Assembly: GCA_964291295.2 (NCBI GenBank)
Contig: OZ219754.1
Span: forward strand, 2,336,001-2,400,000
Source of the DNA: an uncultured Candidatus Binatia bacterium
Lineage (GTDB): Bacteria > Desulfobacterota > Binatia > UBA9968 > JAJDTQ01
Length of the DNA: 64,000 bases
Direction of reading: 5' to 3'
Made by a program: the position numbers and the translations under genes. The notes under the pieces are model-generated. The model searched no databases and was not told the DNA's origin. It saw only the letters and a program-made list of their open reading frames with translations. This document shows, one piece after another, positions 19,201-34,200 of this stretch (positions are counted from its first letter, which is position 1; each line of letters begins with the position of its first letter).

Positions 19201-22200
19201 GGCGAGGACGTGACCTTCGACGTGAGCTACGGCGGCACAGGCGCCACCGGGGCGACCAATCCGGCGGACGGCGACTACGACAACGACGCCGTGACATCGG
19301 TGACGTTCTCGGGCGCCGACACCACGAAGACCATCGCGATCCCGCTCAACGACGACGGGCTCGACGAGGACGACGAGACCTTCACGGTCACCATCGTGCT
19401 GGCGGAGGGCAGCGCCCTGCCGGCCGGTTTCGCGCCCGGCAACCTCACGACGACGGTGACGATCGTCGACAACGACCACTCGCCGGTGCTGCCCGACTAT
19501 CCACCCACCGGAACGACCCGGGTGGGCCAGGCGGTGGATCTCTCGGCCGAGGCGACGGACGAGGACGGCGACGCCATCACCTACGTCTGGACGCGCAAGG
19601 CCGGCGAGACCACACCGCCGCTGCCGGACGGCACGAACCTGAATCAGGCCCGGCTCCTCTTCACTCCGACCGAGACCGGCGCCTACACGATGACGGTGAC
19701 GGCGAGCGACCCGTACGGCAACACCGACACCGCGACGGTGGCCCTCACGGTGGTCCGGGCGCACGTGGTCTCGGCGCCGGCGGCGCTGTCGGTGACCGAG
19801 GGCACGGACGCGAACGCCACGGTTACGGTGACCACGGAGGCCGCGTTCGGCGAGGACGTGACCTTCAACGTGAGCTACGGCGGCGCCAGCGCGACCGGCG
19901 CGGCCGATCCGGCGAACGGCGACTACGAGAACGACGCCGTGACATCGGTGACGTTCTCGAGCGCCGAGACGACGAAGGACATCGCGGTCCCGATCACGGA
20001 CGACGACCTCGACGAGGACGACGAGACCTTCACGGTCACCGTCGCCCTGCCGGAGGGAGCCTCCCTGCCGGCCGGCTTCGCGCCCGGCAACCTCGCGACC
20101 ACGGTGACCATCGCCGACGACGACGCCTCTCCGGTGCTGGCGGAGATTGCGGACCAGAGGATCACGCTGGGCGAGGCCGTGGACATCACGGCATCCGCCA
20201 CGGACGAGGACGGGGACACGGTGACCTACGTCTGGACGCGCAAGGCGGGCGAGACGACGCCGTCGCTGCCGGACGGCACGGCGGAAAATGTGGCGCGCCT
20301 GACGTTCACGCCGCCCGCGCTCGGCGCCTATACGTACACGGTGACGGCCTCGGACGGCAACGGCAACACGGACACCGAGGAGGTGACGATCCGGGTGGTG
20401 GCGGCCGTGACGCCGCCGGTACTGACCGGGGCCACTTCGTCGAGCGCCGCCGTGGTCACGCTCACCTGGACGCATTCCGGCACGGCCCCGGGCGATTTCA
20501 TCGGCGACCCCGGCGGCGCTCCGCAGATCTACTGGGAGGCGGAGCACCGGCTGAAGGGCGCCGGCGACAGCGACTGGGACGACTACTCGAACCCCAGCCC
20601 CGCCGTGGGCGGAGGCAACACCCGGCGCACCATGGCGGTCACCGTGGTGAGCGATTACCCGGATGGCGCGACGGTCGAGTGGCGGGTGCGGGCCTCGGTC
20701 GGCGGCGGTTTGGTTGGTCCCTGGTCGAACGTTCGGGAAGTTACGCTGCAGAACAGCGAGTTGGCGGCGCTGACACTGACCGGGGCGCCGGTGGCGGTGG
20801 CGCCGGGTTCCAGCAAGACCTACACGGTGGCCCTGACCGAGGCGTTTGCGGGCACGCTCAGGATCACGAGTTCGGACACGGCGACGGCGACGGTCAATCC
20901 GCCCAGCCTGACGTTCACGGCGCAGAACTACAACGTGGCGCAGGACGTGACGGTGACCGGCGTCAAGGCCGGCAGCGCCACCACCGGCCATGCCTTCCGT
21001 CTCACCGGCGCTGCGGCGGATGCGATTCCGAACGCCGGCACGGTGGCGGTGACGGTGGTCGCCACACCCGCCGCGCCGGCGGGCCTGACGGCGACAGCGG
21101 GTGACGCGCAGGTGGAGCTGTCGTGGACCGATCCGGTCAATGCCAGCATCACCGGCTGGGAGTTCCAGCAGAAGGAAGGCGCCGCCGGCAGCTACGGCGC
21201 CTGGACGGCGATCTCCAATTCGGACGCCGAGACCACGAGCCATACGGTGACGGGTCTGACCAACGACACGCTCTATGGCTTCAAGGTGCGCGCGGTGAAT
21301 GGAGCGGGCGACGGCGCGGCCTCGGCCGAGGTCACGGCGACGCCGAAGAAGCCGGTTTCGCTGAGCATCGCGGACGTGACGGCGCTGGAGAACGCGGGCA
21401 CGATGTCGTTCACGGTGACAGCGGACCCGGCCCCGGCCGCGCCGATCACGTTCAGCTACACGGTGACGGCGGTGACGGCGGCACCACCGGCGGAAAGCGA
21501 CACGGCGACGGCGGGCGCGGACTTCACGGAGGTGGCGACGGCGACCGAGGTGACCATCGCGGCGAGCGCCACCACGGCGACGATCGCGGTGACGGTGGCG
21601 GACGACGCCCTCGACGAGGACGACGAGACCTTCACGGTGACGCTGTCGGGGCAGTCCGCCGGCGTGCTCCTGGGCGACGCCACGGCGACGGGCACGATCA
21701 CCGACGACGACGCCTCTCCGGTGCTGGCGGAGATTGCGGACCAGAGGATCACGCTGGGCGAGGCCGTGGACATCACGGCATCCGCCACGGACGAGGACGG
21801 GGACACGGTGACCTACGCTTGGACGCGCAAGGCGGGCGAGACGCCGGCGATTCCGGGCAGCCCGACGCTGGACGCGGCGCGCCTGACATTCACGCCGTCT
21901 GCGATTGGTACCTACACGATGACGGTGACGGCCTCGGACGGCAACGGCAACACGGACACCGAGGAGGTGACGATCCGGGTGGTGGCGGCCGTGACGCCGC
22001 CGGTACTGACCGGCGCCACTTCGTCGAGCGCCGCCGTGGTCACGCTCACCTGGACGCATTCCGGCACGGCCCCGGGCGATTTCATCGGCGACCCCGGCGG
22101 CGCTCCGCAGATCTACTGGGAGGCGGGGCACCGGCTGAAGGGCGCCGGCGACAGCGATTGGGACGACTACTCGAACGCCAGCCCCAGTGTGGGCGGAGGC

Positions 22201-25200
22201 AACACCCGGCGCACCATGGCGGTCACCGTGGTGAGCGATTACCCGGATGGCGCGACGGTCGAGTGGCGGGTGCGGGCCTCGGTCGGCGGCGGTTTGGTTG
22301 GTCCCTGGTCGAACGTTCGGGAAGTTACGCTGCAGAACAGCGAGTTGGCGGCGCTGACACTGACCGGGGCGCCGGTGGCGGTGGCGTCCAGCGGCGACAA
22401 CGCCAGCGCGACCTACACGGTGGCCCTGACCAAGGCGTTCGCGGGCACGCTCAGCATCGCGAGTTCGGACACGTCGAAGGCGACGGTCAGTCCGCCCAGC
22501 CTGACGTTCACGGCGGTTAACTACAGTACCGGGCAGGCGGTCACGGTGACCGGCGTCGATGTCGGCAGCGCAACGATCAATCACGCCTTCCGTCTGACCG
22601 GCGCCACAGCGGACGCGATTGCGAACGCCGGCACGGTGGCGGTGACGGTGGTCGGTCAGCCGGCGGCGCCGGCGGACTTGACGGCTACGCCGGGCAACGG
22701 TCGGGTGACGCTGTCGTGGACCGATCCGGGCGATGCCAGCATCACCGGTTGGGAGTTCCAGCAGAAGGAAGGCGCCGCCGGCAGCTACGGCGCCTGGACA
22801 GCGATTTCCAATTCCGACGCCGAGACCACGAGACACACGGTGACGGGTCTGACCAACGGCACGCTCTATGGCTTCAAGGTGCGGGCGGTGAATCTGGCGG
22901 GCGACGGCGCGGCCTCCGCCGAGGTCACGGAGACGCCGAACGGTGCGCTGCCGCCGGTGCTGACCGGCGCCACTTCGTCGAGCGCCGCCGTGGTCACGCT
23001 CACCTGGACGCACGCCGGCACGGCCCCGGGCGATTTCATCGGCGACCCCGGCGGCGCTCCGCAGATCTATTGGGAGGCGGAGCACCGGCTGAAGGGCGCC
23101 GGCGACAGCGACTGGGACGACTACTCGAACGCCAGCCCCAGTGTGGGCGGAGGCAACACCCGGCGCACCATGGCGGTCACCGTGGTGAGCGATTACCCGG
23201 ATGGCGCGACGGTCGAGTGGCGGGTACGGGCCTCGGTCGGCGGCGGTTCGCATGGTCCCTGGTCGAACGTTCGGGAAGTTACGCTGCAGAACAGCGAGTT
23301 GGCGGCGCTGACACTGACCGGGGCGCCGGTGGCGGTGGCGCCGGGTTCCAGCAAGACCTACACGGTGGCCCTGACCGAGGCGTTTGCGGGCACGCTCAGG
23401 ATCACGAGTTCGGACACGGCGACGGCGACGGTCAATCCGCCCAGCCTGACCTTCACGGCGCAGAACTACAACGTGGCGCAGGACGTGACGGTGACCGGCG
23501 TCAAGGCCGGCAGCGCCACCACCGGCCATGCCTTCCGTCTCACCGGCGCTGCGGCGGATGCGATTCCGAACGCCGGCACGGTGGCGGTGACGGTGGTCGC
23601 CACACCCGCGGCGCCGGCGGGCCTGACGGCGACAGCGGGTGACGCGCAGGTGGAGCTGTCGTGGACCGATCCGGTCAATGCCAGCATCACCGGCTGGGAG
23701 TTCCAGCAGAAGGAAGGCGCCGCCGGCAGCTACGGCGCCTGGACGGCGATCTCCAATTCGGACGCCGAGACCACGAGCCATACGGTGACGGGTCTGACCA
23801 ACGACACGCTCTATGGCTTCAAGGTGCGCGCGGTGAATGGGGCGGGCGCCGGCGCGGCCTCGGCCGAGGTCACGGCGACGCCGGAGAAGCCGGTTTCGCT
23901 GAGCATCGCGGACGTGACGGCGCTGGAGAACGCGGGCACGATGTCGTTCACGGTGACAGCGGACCCGGCCCCGGCCGCGCCGATCACGTTCAGCTACACG
24001 GTGACGGCGGTGACGGCGGCACCACCGGCGGAAAGCGACACGGCGACGGCGGGCGCGGACTTCACGGAGGTGGCGACGGCGACCGAGGTGACCATCGCGG
24101 CGAGCGCCACCACGGCGACGATCGCGGTGACGGTGACGGACGACGCCCTCGACGAGGACGACGAGACCTTCACGGTGACGCTGTCGGGGCAGTCCGCCGG
24201 CGTGCTCTTGGGCGACGCCACCGCAACGGGCACGATCACCGACGACGACCACTCTCCGGTACTGAAGGAGATCAAGGACCAGAGGATCACGCTGGGTGAG
24301 GCCGTGGACATCACGGCATCCGCCACGGACGAGGACGGGGACACGGTGACCTACGCTTGGACGCGCAAGGCGGGCGAGACGCCGGCGATTCCGGGCAGCC
24401 CGACGCTGGACGCGGCGCGCCTGACATTCACGCCGTCTGCGATTGGTACCTACACGATGACGGTGACGGCCTCGGACGGCAACGGCAACACGGACACCGA
24501 GGAGGTGACGATCCGGGTGGTGGCGGCCGTGACGCCGCCGGTACTGACCGGCGCCACTTCGTCGAGCGCCGCCGTGGTCACGCTCACCTGGACGCATTCC
24601 GGCACGGCCCCGGGCGATTTCATCGGCGACCCCGGCGGCGCTCCGCAGATCTACTGGGAGGCGGGGCACCGGCTGAAGGGCGCCGGCGACAGCGATTGGG
24701 ACGACTACTCGAACGCCAGCCCCAGTGTGGGCGGAGGCAACACCCGGCGCACCATGGCGGTCACCGTGGTGAGCGATTACCCGGATGGCGCGACGGTCGA
24801 GTGGCGGGTGCGGGCCTCGGTCGGCGGCGGTTTGGTTGGTCCCTGGTCGAACGTTCGGGAAGTTACGCTGCAGAACAGCGAGTTGGCGGCGCTGACACTG
24901 ACCGGGGCGCCGGTGGCGGTGGCGCCGGGTTCCAGCAAGACCTACACGGTGGCCCTGACCGAGGCGTTTGCGGGCACGCTCAGGATCACGAGTTCGGACA
25001 CGGCGACGGCGACGGTCAATCCGCCCAGCCTGACCTTCACGGCGCAGAACTACAACGTGGCGCAGGACGTGACGGTGACCGGCGTCAAGGCCGGCAGCGC
25101 CACCATCGGCCACGCCTTCCGCCTCACTGGCGCCGCGGCGGATGCGATTCCGAACGCCGGCGCGGTGGCGGTGACGGTCGCTGCCGCCACCAAGCCCGCC

Positions 25201-28200
25201 GCGCCGACCGGTCTGGAGGCGACCCCGGGCAACACCCAGGTGACGTTGTCCTGGGACGACCCGGACGACGATTCCATCACCGGGTATCAGTTGCGGCGGC
25301 GCGGCGGAAGTGGCTGGGGCCGCTGGATCGACATCGCCAGTTCGGACGCCGACACCGTGAACCACACGGTGACGGGTCTGACCAACGGCGCCGAGTACCG
25401 CTTCCGCATCCGGGCGGTGAACGACGTCGGTAACGGCGCGGAGTCTTCGGTGGTGCGGGCGATGCCGACGATCGTGGAACCTGTCACCCTGACCGCCACG
25501 GCCGGGGCGCGCGGCGCCGTGACCTTGAACTGGACGGTCAAGAGCAGCGCCCCCGATCGGCTGGTTGAGGGCGCCGAACGTGTCAGCGGGTGGGAAAGCC
25601 AGTACCGGCTGAAAGGAAGACAGGACTGGAACGGATTCGTCCGCCACACAACCACCGGAGGCGATTCGCGGACCGTCTCGACGAACATGTCGGATCTCAT
25701 TCCGCACGGCGGGATCGTGGAGATTCAGATTCGGCCGACCGGTTCCTCCGGCGCCTCGGTCTCGGCGAGACCAGGTCCCTGGTCGAACACGGCGACGGTC
25801 ACCCTCAGCGACGTCGACGACGCGAATACCGCTCTCAAGTTCACCGGTGTTCCGGTCACGGTGGCGCCGGGCGAGGACGCCACCTACACGGTCCGGCTGA
25901 CCAAGCCCTATGCGGCGGGCACGGTGTCGATCACGAGCAACGCCACGGGCAAGGCGACGGTGGACCCGGCTTCCCTGACGTTCACGAGCTCGGACTGGTT
26001 CACCCCACAGGATGTGACGGTGACCGGCGTGGAGGCCGGCACGGCGACCCTCAACCACTCGTTCCGAGTGACCGGCGCCAGCGCCGACGCGGTTCCCGAC
26101 GCGGGCACGGTGGCGGTGACGGTCGGCGCGGCCCCCACCCCCGGCGTGACGATCTCTGCGACCGAGCTGACGGTGGAGGAAGGCGCCAGCGGCGAGTACA
26201 CGGTGAAGCTGGACACGGCGCCGTCGGCGAACGTGACGGTGACGGTGGGCGGCGAATCGGGCGAGGTGACGGTGACGGGTTCGCCGTTGACGTTCACGCC
26301 GTCGAACTTCGGCACGGCGCAGACGGTGACGGTCAACGCCGGGTCCGACGAGGACACGACGGACGACACGGCGACGCTGACGCATGCGGCGGCCAGCACC
26401 GACACGGACTACGGCGCCTCCCTGGACATCGACGATGTCAGGGTGACGGTGACGGACACGACGCCGACGTTGCAGCTTTCGACGGATCCGGCAGCGGTGA
26501 CGGAGGGCGAGGACATCAGCCTGACGGTGACGTCGGACCGCGCGCTGACGGGCGATCTGACGGTGAGCCTGACGCTTTCGGATCGGGGTTCGAGCGGTTT
26601 CGACGCGGACGACATCCCGGGCGCGCTGGGGCCGCGGAACTTCACTGCTTCGTTTGGCGTCAGCGCCAGCACGACGGGCACGGTGACGATCCCGACCAGC
26701 ACGGACTCGGATGCGGAGGGCGCGGAGACCTACACGATCACGCTGAACGACGGGACCGGTTACGCGCTCGGCGCCGGCAAGACCGCCGACGGCACGCTGA
26801 ACGACCCGCCGCAGTCCCCCGCGCTGAGCATCGCGGACGTGACGGCGGCGGAGGACGGGACGTTCACATTCACGGTGACGGCTGCGCCGGCGTCATCCTC
26901 GGAAGTGACGTTCAAGTACACGGTGACCGCGGAGAGCGGCGACACGGCGACAGCGGACACGGACTTCACGGCGGTGGCGACAGCGACCGCGGCGACGATC
27001 GCGGCGAACGCGAGCAGCACGACGATCACGGTCTCGGTGACCGACGACGCCCTCGACGAGTCGGACGAGACGTTCACGGTGACGCTGTCGGAGCCGTCCT
27101 CCGGCGTGACGCTCTCTGACGCCACCGCAACGGGCAGGATTCAGGACAACGACGATCCGCCGGCCTTGGCCATCGCGGCGCCGGCGGCGGTGACGGAGGG
27201 CGATTCGGGCAGCACGGACATGATCTTCACGGTCGCGCTGGACGCGGCCAGCGGTCGTGCGGTGACAGTGGACTACGCGGTGGATACGACTTCGACGGCG
27301 GCGAATACTGACTTCACGGGCGGCGCCGGCACGCTGACGTTCGCGGCGGGCGACACCAGCACGACGATCACGGTGTCGGTGACGGGCGACGAGCTGGACG
27401 AGGACGACGAGACGGTAGTGCTGAAGCTGTCGAACGCGACCAACGCCAGCATCGGCACGGCGACGGCGACGGGGACGATCACGGACGACGACCCCTCGCC
27501 GTCCCTGTCGATCGCGGCGCCGGCGGCGGTCGCGGAAGGCGACAGCGGCAGCACGGACATGATCTTCACGGTCGCGCTGGACGCGGCCAGCGGTCGTGCG
27601 GTGACAGTGGACTACGCGGTGGATGCGACTTCGACGGCAACGGCGAGCACCGACTTCACGGGCGGCGCCGGCACACTGACGTTTGCGGCGGGCGACACCA
27701 GCAAGACGATCGCGGTGTCGGTGACGGGCGACGAGCTGGACGAGGACGACGAGACGGTAGTGCTGAAGCTGTCGAACGCGACCAACGCCAGCATCGGCAC
27801 GGCGACGGCGACGGGGACGATCACGGACGACGACCCCTCGCCGTCCCTGTCGATCGCGTCGCCGTCGGCGGTCGCGGAAGGCGACAGCGGCAGCACGGAC
27901 ATGACCTTCACGGTCGCGCTGGACGCGGCCAGCGGTCGTGCGGTGACAGTGGACTACGCGGTGGATACGACTTCGACGGCGACGGCGAGCACCGACTTCA
28001 CGGGCGGCGCCGGCACGCTGACGTTTGCGGCGGGCGACACCAGCAAGACGATCGCGGTGTCGGTGACGGGCGACGAGCTGGACGAGGACGACGAGACGGT
28101 GGTGCTGAAGCTGTCGAACGCGACCAACGCCAGCATCGGCACGGCGACGGCGAGCGGCACGATCACGGACGACGACGATCCGGCGCCCGGCGTGACGGTT

Positions 28201-31200
28201 TCCGTCTCCGAGCTGACGGTGACGGAAAGCAGCACCGCCAACTACACCGTGGTGCTGGACTCCCGTCCGGCGGGCGATGTGACGGTCACGCCGGGCAGCA
28301 GCGACACCGGAGCGGCGGCGGTGTCCGATCCGCTGACCTTTACCCGCTTCAACTGGAACAGGCCCCGGACGGTGACGGTCACGGCGGTGCCGGATGGCGA
28401 CACCGGCGACGAGAGCGTCACGGTGAGTCATGCCGTGACCGGCTACGGCAGTGTGAGCGCGGCCCCGTCCGTATCGGTGACGGTGACGGACACGACGCCG
28501 ACGCTGTCCCTGTCTCACGTTCCGGCGGCGGTGATCGAGGGGGCGGCGATCCGTCTGAAGGTGACGTCGGACAAGGCGCTGGCGGGCGGTCTGGCGGTGA
28601 GCCTGACGCTTGAGGACCGGGACACGAGCGGTTTCGACGCGGACGACATTCGGGGCTCCCTGGGTCCGCGCAACTTCATCGCGTCCTTCGGCGCCGCCTT
28701 GAGCACAACAGGGACGGTGACGATCCCGACCCGCACGGATTACAGCACGGAGGGCCAGGAGACCTACCGGATCACCCTGAACGAGGGCGCCGGCTACGCG
28801 GTCGACGAGGACAACAACACGGCCGACGGCACGCTGAACGACGGCACGCCGGTCCTGAGCACCGGTGCGGTCGCGCTGATCGTCGAGGACAAGACGGCGC
28901 CGGAGGGCGAAACGATGTCGTTCACGGTGATCGCTGATCCGGCGCCGTCCTCGCCGATCACGTTCAAGTACACGGTGACGGCGGAGAGCGGCGACACCGC
29001 GACCGCGGGCTCGGACTTCACGGCGGTGACGACGGCGGCAACGGCGACGATCGCGGCGAACGCGACGAGCACGACGATCATCGTGTCGCTCCTCCAGGAC
29101 ACCGAGGTCGAGGGCGACGAGACGTTCACAGTGACGCTGTCGGAGCCATCGTCCGGCGTGACGATCACGGACGCCACCGCGACCGGAACGATCGGCGACG
29201 ACGACGAGGGCATCGCCAGGCCGACCTCGCTGCGCATCACGGCGGTCGAGAACGCGATCACGCTGCGGTGGACCGCCCGGACCGACTCCGAGATCGACAA
29301 GTGGCAGTACCGGTTCAAGAACAAGGAGCGAAGCTGGCGCGGCTGGAACCCGTTCGATGTCAGGAACAGCACGGCGTCGACCCGATCCGTCACCCTGAAC
29401 AAGAGGACCACGTTGCACGGGGGCGTGGGTCAGTATCAGGTCCGGGCGGTGACAGTCGTCCCGATCCGGATCGAGTTTGGCGGAGGCGAGAAGGAGACCT
29501 TCGGTCCGTGGTCGGAGCTGGCGGAGGTGAGCGTCGTCAACACCGACAACCTGGGTCTGGAGTTCAGCGGCGACGGGATCACGAGGACGGGAGGCGCCAG
29601 CGTGGCGTGGAACGCCAGCGTGGCGCAGGGCGCCAGCATCACCTACGGCGTGAGGCTGAGCGCCGCGGCGCTGCCCTACCTGGACCGGACGGCGGAGGTG
29701 ACGCTGAAGAGCGGCAGCGGTGTGCGGACAAGCCCGTCCTCGCTGACGTTCACCCGGGCCGACGCCCGGACCGCGCAGCCGGTGACGATCACGGGCGTTG
29801 CCGCCGGCAGCGCCGCCATCGAGCACGCCGTCCGCTTCCCGGCGCTCGCGCTGCTCGATCCCGCGGGCACGGTGGCGGTGACGGTCGGCGCGCCCCCCGC
29901 CCCCGGCGTGACGATCTCTGCGACCGAGCTGACGGTGGAGGAAGGCGCCAGCGGCGAGTACACGGTGAAGCTGGACACGGCGCCGTCGGCGAACGTGACG
30001 GTTACGGTGGGCGGCGAATCGGGCGAGGTGACGGTGGACCCGTCCTCGCTGACGTTCACGCCGTCGAACTTCGGCACGGCGCAGACGGTGACGGTGACCG
30101 CCGGGTCCGACGAGGACACGACGGACGACACGGCGACGCTGACGCATGCGGCGTCCAGCACCGATGACGACTACGGCGCCTCCCTGGACATCGACGGTGT
30201 CTCGGTGACGGTGACCGACACGACGCCGACGCTGCAGCTTTCGACGGATCCGGCAGCGGTGACGGAGGGCTCGGACATCAGCCTGACGGTGTCGTCGGAC
30301 CGCGCGCTGACGGGCGATCTGACGGTGAGCCTGACGCTTTCGGATCGGGGTTCGAGCGGTTTCGACGCGGACGACATCCCGGGTACGCTGGGCCCGCGCA
30401 ACTTCACCGCGTCCTTCGGCAACACCGCCGGCACGACGGGGACGGTAACGATCCCGACCAGCGCCGACTCGGATACGGAGGGCGCGGAGACCTACACGAT
30501 CACGCTGAACGACGGGACCGGCTACGCGCTCGGGACCGACAAGACCGCCGACGGCACGCTGACCGACCCGCCGCAGTCCCCCGCGCTGAGCATCGCGGAC
30601 GTGACGGCGGCGGAGGACGGGACGTTCGCGTTCACGGTGACGGCTGCGCCGGCGTCATCCTCGGAAGTGACGTTCAAGTACACGGTGACGGCGGAGAGCG
30701 GCGACACGGCGACGGCGGACACGGACTTCACGGCGGTGACGACGGCCACCGCGGCGACGATCGCGGCGAACGCGACGAGCACGACGATCACGGTGTCGGT
30801 GACGGACGACGCCCTCGACGAGTCGGACGAGACGTTCACGGTGACGCTGTCGGAGCCGTCCTCCGGCGTGACGTTCTCTGACGCCACCGCAACGGGCACG
30901 ATCACCGACAACGACGATCCGCCGGCCCTGTCGATCGCGGCGCCGGCGGCGGTTGCGGAGGGCGATTCGGGTAGCACGAACATGGTGTTCACGGTGACGC
31001 TGGGCGCGACCAGCGGCCGGCAGGTTACGGTGGACTACGCGGTGGACAGCACTTCGACGGCGACCTCGGGGGCGGACTTCACGGCCCTGGCGGGTGGCAC
31101 GCTGACCTTTGCCGCCGGCAGCACTGGGGCGGCCCTGGCAAAGACGGTGACTGTGGCGGTGACCGGCGACGAGCTGGACGAGGCGGACGAGACGGTGGTG

Positions 31201-34200
31201 CTGAAGCTGAGCAATGCGGTTGGCGCGACCCTGCCGGACCCGGCGACGGCGAGCGGCACGATCACGGACGACGACGCTTCGCCGGTGCTGGCGGCGCTGA
31301 CGGCCCAGGCGGTGACGGCGGGCGAGGACGTGGACATCACGGCGTCGGCGACGGACGGCGACGGCGACACGATCAGCTACGAGTGGACGCGCAAGGCGGG
31401 CGAGACAACGCCGCCGCTCCCGAACGGCACGGCGCTGGACGAGGATCAACTGACGTTCACGACGACGGCGCCGGGCACGTACACGATGACGGTGACGGCC
31501 TCGGACGGCAACGGCAACGAGGACACCGGGACGGTAGCGATCACGGTGACGGCGGCGACAACGTCGACCGCGGCGCCGTGCAAGGTGTCGGTGACGAACT
31601 ACCGCGCGATCGACGACAGCGGTTTCCTGCCGGTCTACTCGATCTCGTTCGGTCTGCGGATACCGGCGAACTGCGGGGCGATCACGGGGATGCAGCGCCA
31701 GATCAGGACTTCGAGTCAGGGCTGGGCCGATGTGGAGTGGGTGGACCTGGAGAACGCGGGTCTGCGGACGTTTGCGAACAGCGCGACGGCCAGGACGCCG
31801 TCGGCAGTCGAACTGGTGTTCCTGCCATCCGGCGGCGGCACGCGCCAGGTTCGGGTGCGCGCGCTGAACGGCGCGAAAGCCGGTCCGGCGTCCGACGCGG
31901 TATCGGTGACGTTCGAAGTGCCGTCCGCTCCGAGCGGTCTGGCCGCGACGCCTGGCGCGGGCTCGGCGACGCTGACCTGGAATGCGCAGTCCGGGGAGCA
32001 GGTCACGTCCTGGAACATCCAGTACAAGCGGGGTTCCGAGTCGTACCGGAACCTGCACGTGGCGGATGCGGGGAACGGCAGCACGACGACGGCGACGGTG
32101 ACGGGTCTGGCGGCGGAGGAGTACACGTTCCGCTTGCAGGCTCGGAACGAGAACGGTCTGAGCGCGGCCTCGTCGACGGTGACGGCGACGCCGACGGCGG
32201 CGACCGCGGTTCCGCCCGCTCCGACGGGCGTGCGGGCGACGGCCGGCGACGGCGAGGCGACGCTGTCCTGGACCGACCCGCAGAGCGACACGATCACGAA
32301 GTGGCAGTACCGCCAGAAAGCCGCTGGCGGCTCGTACGGCGAGTGGACGGACCTTGCGCACAGCCGGACGGGCAGCGCGCTGCCGACGCTGACGGGCACG
32401 GTCGGCGATCTGACGAACGGGAGTTCGTACGCCTTCGAGCTTCGCGCGGTGAACGCGGTCGGCGCCGGCGCGGCCTCGGCCGAGGTGACGGTGACGCTCG
32501 ACGCGGATGCGGTGTCGCTGAGCATCGCGGACGTGACGGCGGCGGAAGACGGGACGTTCACGTTCACGGTGACGGCGGATCCGGCGCCTTCGGCAGAGGT
32601 GACGTTCAAGTACACGGTGACCGCGGAGAGCGGCGACACGGCGACGGCGGACACGGACTTCACGGCGGTGACGACGGCCACCGCGGCGACGATCGCGGCG
32701 AGTGCGACGACCGCGGCGATCACGGTGTCGGTGACGGACGACGACATCGACGAGTCGGACGAGACGTTCACGGTGACGCTGTCGGAGCCGTCCGACAACG
32801 CGGAGATCGGCGATGCCACCGCAACGGGGACGATCACGGACAACGACACGGCGGGGGTGACGGTCTCGCCGACGTCGCTGACGGTGAACGAAGGCAGCAA
32901 CGGCAGCTACACGGTGAAGCTGGACACGGAGCCGACGGCGGACGTGACGGTGACGGTGGGCGGTGAGTCGGGCGAGGTGACGGTGACGGGTTCGCCGCTG
33001 ACGTTCACGCCGTCGAACTACGGCACGGCGCAGACGGTGACCGTGAACGCCGGGTCCGATACGGACACGACGAACGACACGGCGACCCTGACGCACGCGG
33101 CGTCGAGCAGCGACACGAACTACGGTTCATCGCTGAGCATCGAGGATGTGTCGGTGACGGTGACGGACACGACAACATCTTCCATTGCGGCGCCGTGCAG
33201 GATTGCGATTTCGTCGTTGAGCCATCGGAATCGGCGGATACTGCAGGTGACGATGAGTGTGCCGGCCAACTGCGGACCGGTTCCGAAGGCGGAGATGCAG
33301 GTCAAGACCGCCACTCAGGCGTGGAGCGACGTGTCCTGGATTGCCCTGGGAAACCTGGCCCTGTCCAACAGCGATCAGCCGCAGACGGTCACCAGACTGT
33401 TCAACCTGGCGCCGCCGGGCCTTCCGGCGCTGACGGGATTGCGCAACGTGCGGGTGCGCGCGCTCAACGGGGCGAAGGCGGGTCCGGAATCGGTGGTCGC
33501 TCACATCTGGTTCGGTCCGCTGGCGCAGCCGGCGGGTCTGCAGGCGGCGGCGGGCAACCGGCACGTGAAGCTGAGCTGGACGGCCGCGGCGAATCCGACG
33601 CTGACGGGCTGGGAGTACCGCCAGAAGCCGGATGGCGGCAGTTACGGCGAGTGGACGGCGATGAGCGGTTCCGGGGCGGCCACGACCAGCTACTCGGCGC
33701 CGGGGTTGAGCAACGGTACGGAGTACTCGTTCCAGATTCGCTCAAGGAGCGGTACCGCCGCCAGCGCGGCCTCTTCGGCGGTGACGGCGACGCCGACAGC
33801 GGGTGTTCCCTTGCAGCCGGAGCTGACGTCCAGCGAGCCGGGCGACGGTCAGGTGCGGGTGATCTGGCGCGCCCTCGGGGACCCGAGCGTCACGAAGTGG
33901 CAGTCGCGGCGGAAGCTGGACAGCGCCAGCGCCTGGCCTGCTACGTGGACGAACATCCCGGGTTCCGATGCGGAGACGACAAGTCATGTGTTCACCGGTC
34001 TGACGAACGGTACGCCGTACACGTTCCAGGTCCGCGCAGTGAACGACCAGGGCGCGGGTCCGGCTTCGACGGGCCTGAGCGCGACGCCGAGCGCCGAGCC
34101 GTTCGCCAGGCCGACGGGGGTGGGCGCGAAGGCGGGCAACGGTCAGGTGACGCTGTCGTGGGCGGACCCGGGCAACGCTTCGATCACGAAGTGGCAGTAC

